Of a DNA stretch of 64,000 nucleotides, positions 57,740 to 64,000 are shown in pieces. Each line of letters begins with the position of its first letter. Positions within the stretch are counted from its first letter, which is position 1. Where the stretch lies: assembly GCF_009914755.1 (NCBI RefSeq), contig NC_060940.1. One strand, written 5' to 3'. Below the pieces are notes generated by a model. That model did no database searches, was not told where the DNA came from, and was given only the letters and a program-made list of their open reading frames with translations. The position numbers and the translations under genes were made by a program. This stretch comes from the human T2T-CHM13v2.0 reference genome, Homo sapiens.

Positions 57740-57910
57740 CCTTACTGAGCACCTACTGTGTGCCAGGCTTTGCACCCATGATCTCATTTAATCCTCCTGC
57801 CCAGGGAGGCAGCTATTGTTGCCTCCATTACAGATAAGGAAGCTGAGGCTCAGCAAGCAAGAGATGAACCCAAGGTCACACAGCTCCCGAGCAGCTGGGC
57901 AGGTTCAAAT
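57740..57910 (-). mobile_element. MIR in intron 1
   Basis: TTACTGAGCACCTACTGTGTGCCAGG...TACAGATAAGGAAGCTGAGGCTCAG. Confidence 0.88.
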
Positions 57911-58344
57911 AGGCAGGTGCAAGGGCCTCATTCTGTTCCCCGCACTGCCCTGACAGTCCCAGACAAAGTCAGGAAGCCCAGAGGAGTCTGGAAGCCTCCT
58001 TAGCATGGGTGTTCTCTCCTTGAAGTTTGGAGCTGTCCCTTTAGAAGGCAAGGGGATAGACTAGATGACCCGGAGCCCAGAGATTCCAGCACAAATTTGT
58101 TTCACATCACAAAATAGGTCTGGCCAGTTGGTACCCTCTACCTTCATTCAGTGGGAATGAACTTGAACTCAGCCCCTGAATCCTCAATACAGTCTATGAG
58201 GATCCTCAATACAGTCTTTGAGTGATTGATTCGTGATGTCTGCCATAGGTGTGGAAAGGGGCATGTGGCAAGCTGAGTTCTGTTTTGCCAGCCCTGTCTT
58301 AAGAGGTGCCCTGCTCAGGGGTGTTTGCATATTCACTGGAGACT

Positions 58345-58662
<318 letters not shown>

Positions 58663-60479
58663 AGGGACTCTTAAGAAGGATAATTTTGTTGTCAGTAAAG
58701 GATCAAAATCCTATCGGTGGTCTTTTGGGCAGTCCCATGGCAGCCTATCCCATGAGCCATCAGAGGACCTATTTGGGAACAAGGAGGAGCTTCTTTAAGT
58801 TATACCAACAATTGTACCTACTCTGACCACCCTACGTGTTGTCTGAAAATATACAGATTTGTTTCTAAATCCTGTGAGTGGGGAAGGAGTGGGTGACAAG
58901 ACCAGAACTGGAGCTGGCACCAGGCTGACAGGCAGCACGTCCAGGTCTAGGGCCTTGAGTTCATGCACCCAGGTATGGCATGAAGTGAACTCTTAGGCCC
59001 AGAACCTGCCTGGGCAGATAGGCCAGGAGGCAGAGGCTGTGCTGGTGGCAGGTGGCAATCAGAAGACCTCATGGAGTAGGCAGTGTGGGCCTTGAGAAGA
59101 AGTAAAGCGTTAACCCAGGAAACACAGCAAAGAAGAGCATTCCAGTCAGAAGGAACAGCCTGGGCAAAAAGCCTGCTGCTGAGAGGAAGGGCATTGTGCA
59201 TTTCAGGAACTCCTAGCTCTCCTCGAGGCTGGAAGGGGCAGGGAAGTGGAGGAGAGGAGAGCTGGCAGGGTGGGCAGGGGACAACCATGCTAGGCCTTAA
59301 GGGCTGGCTGAGGAGCTAGACTTCCTCCAGCAGGGAGTGGGGAGGCTGTTGGCAGAACCTGCAGGGAGAGGAACAGGTCTGGAACCCACAGAAGCCTATC
59401 CCAGGGCCAAACTGAGCCACAAACCAGGAGGAAGCAGAAGGGGCCAGGTCATAGCTGCCTGGCCAAACCCCATTCCCGAGCTCCCAGGGCCTCACCCTTC
59501 ATCCTCCCAAAGTCTGTGGCCGCCAATACGCAACTTTAAATGCCTGAGCTCAAGTAGACCATTTGAGAGTCCCCACAGAGTTTGGGGGTCACTGGGTCCC
59601 AGCCCCAACCTGGACTGAGATTTGAGCTGTGGAATGGGAAAGCGGTGGGGAGAGCTGCCCAGGGCCACACACGGAGCTGGGTCTTCAGTGCCCCCACTCC
59701 AGCAGGCACACCTCCTGCATGTTCTAGGCCGGCTCCTCCCAGCGCCCTGCCCCTCATCCCTGACCCCAGGCCTCTGGGCTGGAGTCCAGAGGCTGCAGGA
59801 GGCTGGGCTGGGATCCTAGCTGAAAGCGGGTGTGCTGGGGGTCAGGGAGGAGAGCAGCCAGGCCTGCAAAGAGGAGCCCTGCAGGAGTTGGCCTGGGCAG
59901 GTGCCTGTGGTCAGGGGTGTGCACTTGTGAAGGCATGTTTGAGGGTGTCACAGGTCCATGAGGCCTGCAGATGTCATGTGTGTGTCCTGGACCTGGAGCC
60001 TTCCTCTGCCCCACCCCTGAGGCCCTCCAGCCTATTGAAAACCCCCTATACTGCAAAGCCCAGACTTGGCCCCTGGAATCTAAGGCTTGAGTGGGGCTCT
60101 GGTCAGGTCGAGGGGCAGGGGGTCCTCCTGGTGCTCAGGGGCAGGACCAGCCCAGGGGCTGAGGGGCTGGACCAGCCCATTGAGGGGCCCCCAGCTATGT
60201 CTTATTTAGCTACAAAGCCAGGGGTCCCAGGCAGTCCCAAGAAAAGCAGCTCTAGCCCTTCCCCTCCCCGCCCTTCCCTTCCCTTCCTCTTCTCTTGTAT
60301 CCCTAGCCTCTCTTTTTGACACTGTAACTCAGCACAGAGCTGAGCCGATCTCACAGCCCCTTGGAGGCAGAACCCCAGAGAGATGGACGCCCACAAAGGG
60401 AAAGGGACCAAAGGGAGCTTTGTGTGATGTCCCACAGTGGCTCAGTGAGAGGCAGGACTCACTCCTGGGACTGTGGTCC

Positions 60480-60685
60480 TCAGACCCATCAGGGCCCTCC
60501 CAGTCTGTATGCTCCCACAGCCTCCTCGATTTGTCCATCAAAGCACATGTCACAATTTCAAACTGCATTTTTCACCACATGACCGGCATCCCTCTCTCCC
60601 ACGGAAGTGGAGCCTGTGTTTATTCCTGCATGGAATTAAGTGCCTGGCACATAGTAGATGCTCAATAAATGTTTGCTGCATGACT
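60480..60685 (+). mobile_element. L2 3' end
   Basis: GTGCCTGGCACATAGTAGATGCTCAATAAATGTTTGCTG. Confidence 0.8.
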
Positions 60686-61754
60686 GTATAACCCCAGGAC
60701 TCTAGAGAGAGCTTCAGAGAAGTGGTGACATGTGTCCTAAATCCAGGCAGAGGAGAGAGGACAGCAAGTGCACGGGCAGGGAGGATGCAACCAAACCTGG
60801 TGGGGTGGGGAGCTTCCCAGAGAGTTAACGTCCTGTGGGCCGGAGCTATGCCTGGAGGCTCACCAGGCACCTGCAGACCCAGACAGGCAGCTGGAGAGGA
60901 GCAGAAAGAGCCGCAGGAGCCCCAACCTTTTCTCAGGCTGCCCAGGTGACTCAGCCTTCGGAGGACCCCTCGGTCACCAGGCTTGGCCTAGGTGTCTAGG
61001 TTCTGATCCCAGTGGCCCCACCCACGGTAGATACAGACCTGGACCCCAGAGGCCTCTGCGGTCCCAACCTCCCATGGGAGCATGGTGGAGCCCAGTCGTC
61101 CCCCTTATTTTCCAAGGCTCCCCTGCTGTTTAATCCTGGGCTCCACGCCCACTCACCAGGGGATTCGGGCCACTCACTCCGTCCTCTCATTTTGGGTCCT
61201 CCAGACCTCCCCAGACTGAGGGAGGGTACAGAGGGCCCATCCTCCTCCATTTGGAACTGCCCCCAAACCCTCTCACATGGCTCTGGGGACAGCAGCATCG
61301 ATAAGCATCCTGGATGCCTGGGACACTGCAGGTACCTGGCCTCGGCGTGCTCAGAACCTACATCTGAGTTGCCAAGCGTGGCCCCTCCCTGCTCACCACT
61401 GTGATCAGGCAGTTGCTGGGCTGCTCAGCTGGGAATTTCTGAACATGGAAATCACTTCCAAAATCCTCAGACCCTCTGAATGTCTGGGGTGCCCCAAATC
61501 TACCTGGCAACAGCTTGAGTCTCTCTGGAAACTGCTGAGAACGACCGAGAGATGTGACTCTTACCTGCCGAAAGGAAACAGGCTAAAATGAAAAAAGGGC
61601 TATGACCACATCTCCAGAGGCTGCAGCCAAGAGAAATTCAGTTTTCAGCTGTGGCTGCAGTAGATCTGACTGGCCCGGTTTCCTCTGCATCATGATGGGA
61701 AGGAACATCTGTCCAACAAGACCCTTCCCTGCAGCCCCCATTTTGGTTAGCCAA

Positions 61755-62028
<274 letters not shown>

Positions 62029-62109
62029 AGTGGCCAAATTTCTAACCTAAAGGGCAAAAGACACAAATAAATGTGGCTTTTCAGATGGGAAGGTCCCACA
62101 GGTGTCTCT

Positions 62110-62540
62110 GAGATTGAGTATAGAAGGAGCCTAGGATTTAGAAAAAGATCGATCTGATGACAACCATTCATGAGTTGTTTGTCTCTGAGCCTCAGTTTCC
62201 TAATCTGTGAAATGGGAATGATACGTCTTACATCCTGGGGATAGTGTGAAAATTAAATGCGCTGGCATGGATGAAGACCAAGCACCGAGAATAGTTCATT
62301 ATTATTACATGTGAATGTCACCACAGAGATAGAGAGAGTGGCATGACGCAAAAAGCACTAATTTGGGGGAAAGACAGCCTAAGTTCAAATCCTGGCTCCA
62401 CTGCCTCCGGCTATGTGAACTGAGATGACTTACGCTACCTCTCTGAGCCCCCATTTCTTTACCTGCAAAATGGGAACGCAGACAACTACCTAGAAGGGTT
62501 GTTGCAAGGTTTAAATAAAATAACGTGTGCCTCGGGGGAG
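62110..62540 (+). mobile_element. Two tandem MIRs
   Basis: CTCTGAGCCTCAGTTTCCTAATCTGTGAAATGGG; GTTCAAATCCTGGCTCCACT...CTGCAAAATGGG. Confidence 0.8.
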
Positions 62541-63037
62541 TGCTCAGGGATGTCAGCCCTCCTCCACCGTCCCAGGCGAGAAAGAGCTGTCTCGGGAGGG
62601 TGCTCAAGGCTCTGGCATGGGGGTGCAAATGGGATTATGTGATCCCAAGCTCCCAAATGCCCCCAACCCAAGGTCCTGCCCCTCACCAACAGCTGACTGA
62701 TGAGAGCTGAGCACCCAGACCTCCCTCTGCCCTGGCAAATGACACACAGCTGCTGTGAGGTGACTCTGCGAGAGCCAGTCTCAGCCTTGTCAGAGGGAAG
62801 GAGCTTGAGGGTGGCCCATGTGCTCCAAGGGACTTCTCTCCAGAGCTAGCAGCAGGGCCCCTGCTGGACACAGAACAGAATCCAAGGGGCTTTTCTGCAC
62901 CTTCAGAGAACGCTTTGTTATGTGGGGCCAGACAAAGCCCACTGAGGAGTTAATGTCCCCCCAGGAGCCACGTGGTCCGAGCCTGTGACTGGTGGACTCT
63001 GCTTTGCTGAAGTCTGGTGTAGGTACAGCCGTGCATC

Positions 63038-63329
63038 TTTTTTTTTTTTTTTTTCAAATCAAGGAAGGAACCTCATTTTATTCTGAATGTGTTAGTTTTG
63101 ACCGTCTTCACCCTGAAATTTTCTCTTTGTTTAATTTTATTTATTTATTTTTTATTAGTATACTTTAAGTTCTAGGGTACATGTGCACAACGTGCAGGTT
63201 TGTTACATATGTACACATGTGCCATGTTGGTGTGCTGCACCCATTAACTCGTCATTTACATTAGATGTATCTCCTAATGCTATCCCTCCCCTCTCCCCCC
63301 ACCCCACGACAGGCCCCGGTGTGTGATGT
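63038..63329 (-). mobile_element. Severely 5'-truncated L1PA (3'UTR only) carrying a probable 3' transduction
   Basis: L1PA 3'UTR about 63152-63329; A-rich tail; ~70 bp non-L1 segment with AATAAA; second poly-A; TSD GTGCATCTT at 63031-63039 and 63328-63336. Confidence 0.85.
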
Positions 63330-63612
63330 GCATCTTAATGACTGGGACACATTCTGAAAAACGAGTTCAGGTGATTTCGCTGTTGTGCAAACATCAGAGA
63401 GTGTGCTTACACAAAGAAATCTGGATCGTATAGCCTGCCGCACACCTAGGCTGTACGGTACAGTCTATTGCTCTTAGGCTCCATACCTGTGCAGCATGGT
63501 ACTGTACTGAATGCTGTAGCCAATTTTAACACGACAGCAAGTATTGATGTATCTAAACATATCTAAATACAGACAAGATACAATAAAATTCCCATGTAAA
63601 AGATAAAAAAGG

Positions 63613-63921
63613 AGCCTGTAATCCCAGCACTTTGGGAGGCCAATGCAGGAGGATCACTTGAGGCAGGAGTTCAAGACCAGCTTGGGCGATATAGTCAAAC
63701 CCCTCCACCCCAACTATCTCTTCAAAAAAATTTAAAAATTAGCCAGATGTGCTGGCACATACCTCCTTGTGGGGCTGAGGTGGGAGGATTGCTTGAGCCC
63801 AGGAGTTTGAGGCTGCAGTGAGCCGCATTCACACCACACTCCAGCCTGGGCGACAGAGGGAGACTCAATCTCAAAAAAATAAAAAAGTAAAAAATAAAAA
63901 TAAAAATAAAAAAATAAAAAA
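63613..63921 (+). mobile_element. AluJ, slightly 5'-truncated
   Basis: GGAGGATTGCTTGAGCCCAGGAG; (TAAAAA)n tail. Confidence 0.88.
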
Positions 63922-64000
63922 TGGTACACCTCTCTATGGTACATACCATGAGTGGAGCTTCCAGGACTAGTAATTGGTCTGGGTGAGTCAGGGAGTGAGT

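Larger units (their letters stand above)
63026..64000. mobile_element. Tigger3b-like element, interrupted by L1PA and AluJ, running off the window end
   Basis: TA-CAGCCGTGCATC|TTAATGACTGGGACACATTCTGA; ACACCTAGGCTG; GTATCTAAACATATCTAAA; CTGGGTGAGTCAG. Confidence 0.8.

Noticed and set aside
59582-60319. Longest ORF (245 aa)
   Set aside because: Non-ATG start, P/G/A-rich translation typical of GC-rich intron, no recognisable domain; lies in CDH5 intron 1.

Overview
Human (primate) genomic DNA, rich in Alu, MIR and L2 repeats, with no protein-coding exon. I recognise 55057-55124 as the non-coding first exon of CDH5 (VE-cadherin, chr16q21, + strand), from memory of the mRNA 5'UTR (...CCCTCAGCCCACAGGCACG|gtgagt). 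It is preceded by the TATA-less endothelial promoter with SOX, FOX:ETS, ETS and GT-box sites. The window therefore holds about 55 kb of upstream intergenic DNA plus the first ~8.9 kb of intron 1; the ATG exon lies beyond the window. No listed ORF is credible as a gene. I found no new gene system. The best observations are: (1) a short L1PA insertion in intron 1 with the structure of a 3' transduction; (2) an E-box-N9-GATA composite at about -780 that is simply the core of a MIR; (3) a divergent pair of strong CTCF motifs at 33.1 and 46.1 kb that brackets a (GGGA)7(GGAA)16 tract and a same-strand cluster of CDX/posterior-HOX (YCATAAA) sites; (4) several multi-layer transposon nests with preserved target-site duplications (TSDs). 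Repeat subfamily names come from recalled consensus sequences and need RepeatMasker/Dfam confirmation. Repeat boundaries are approximate unless a TSD is given.
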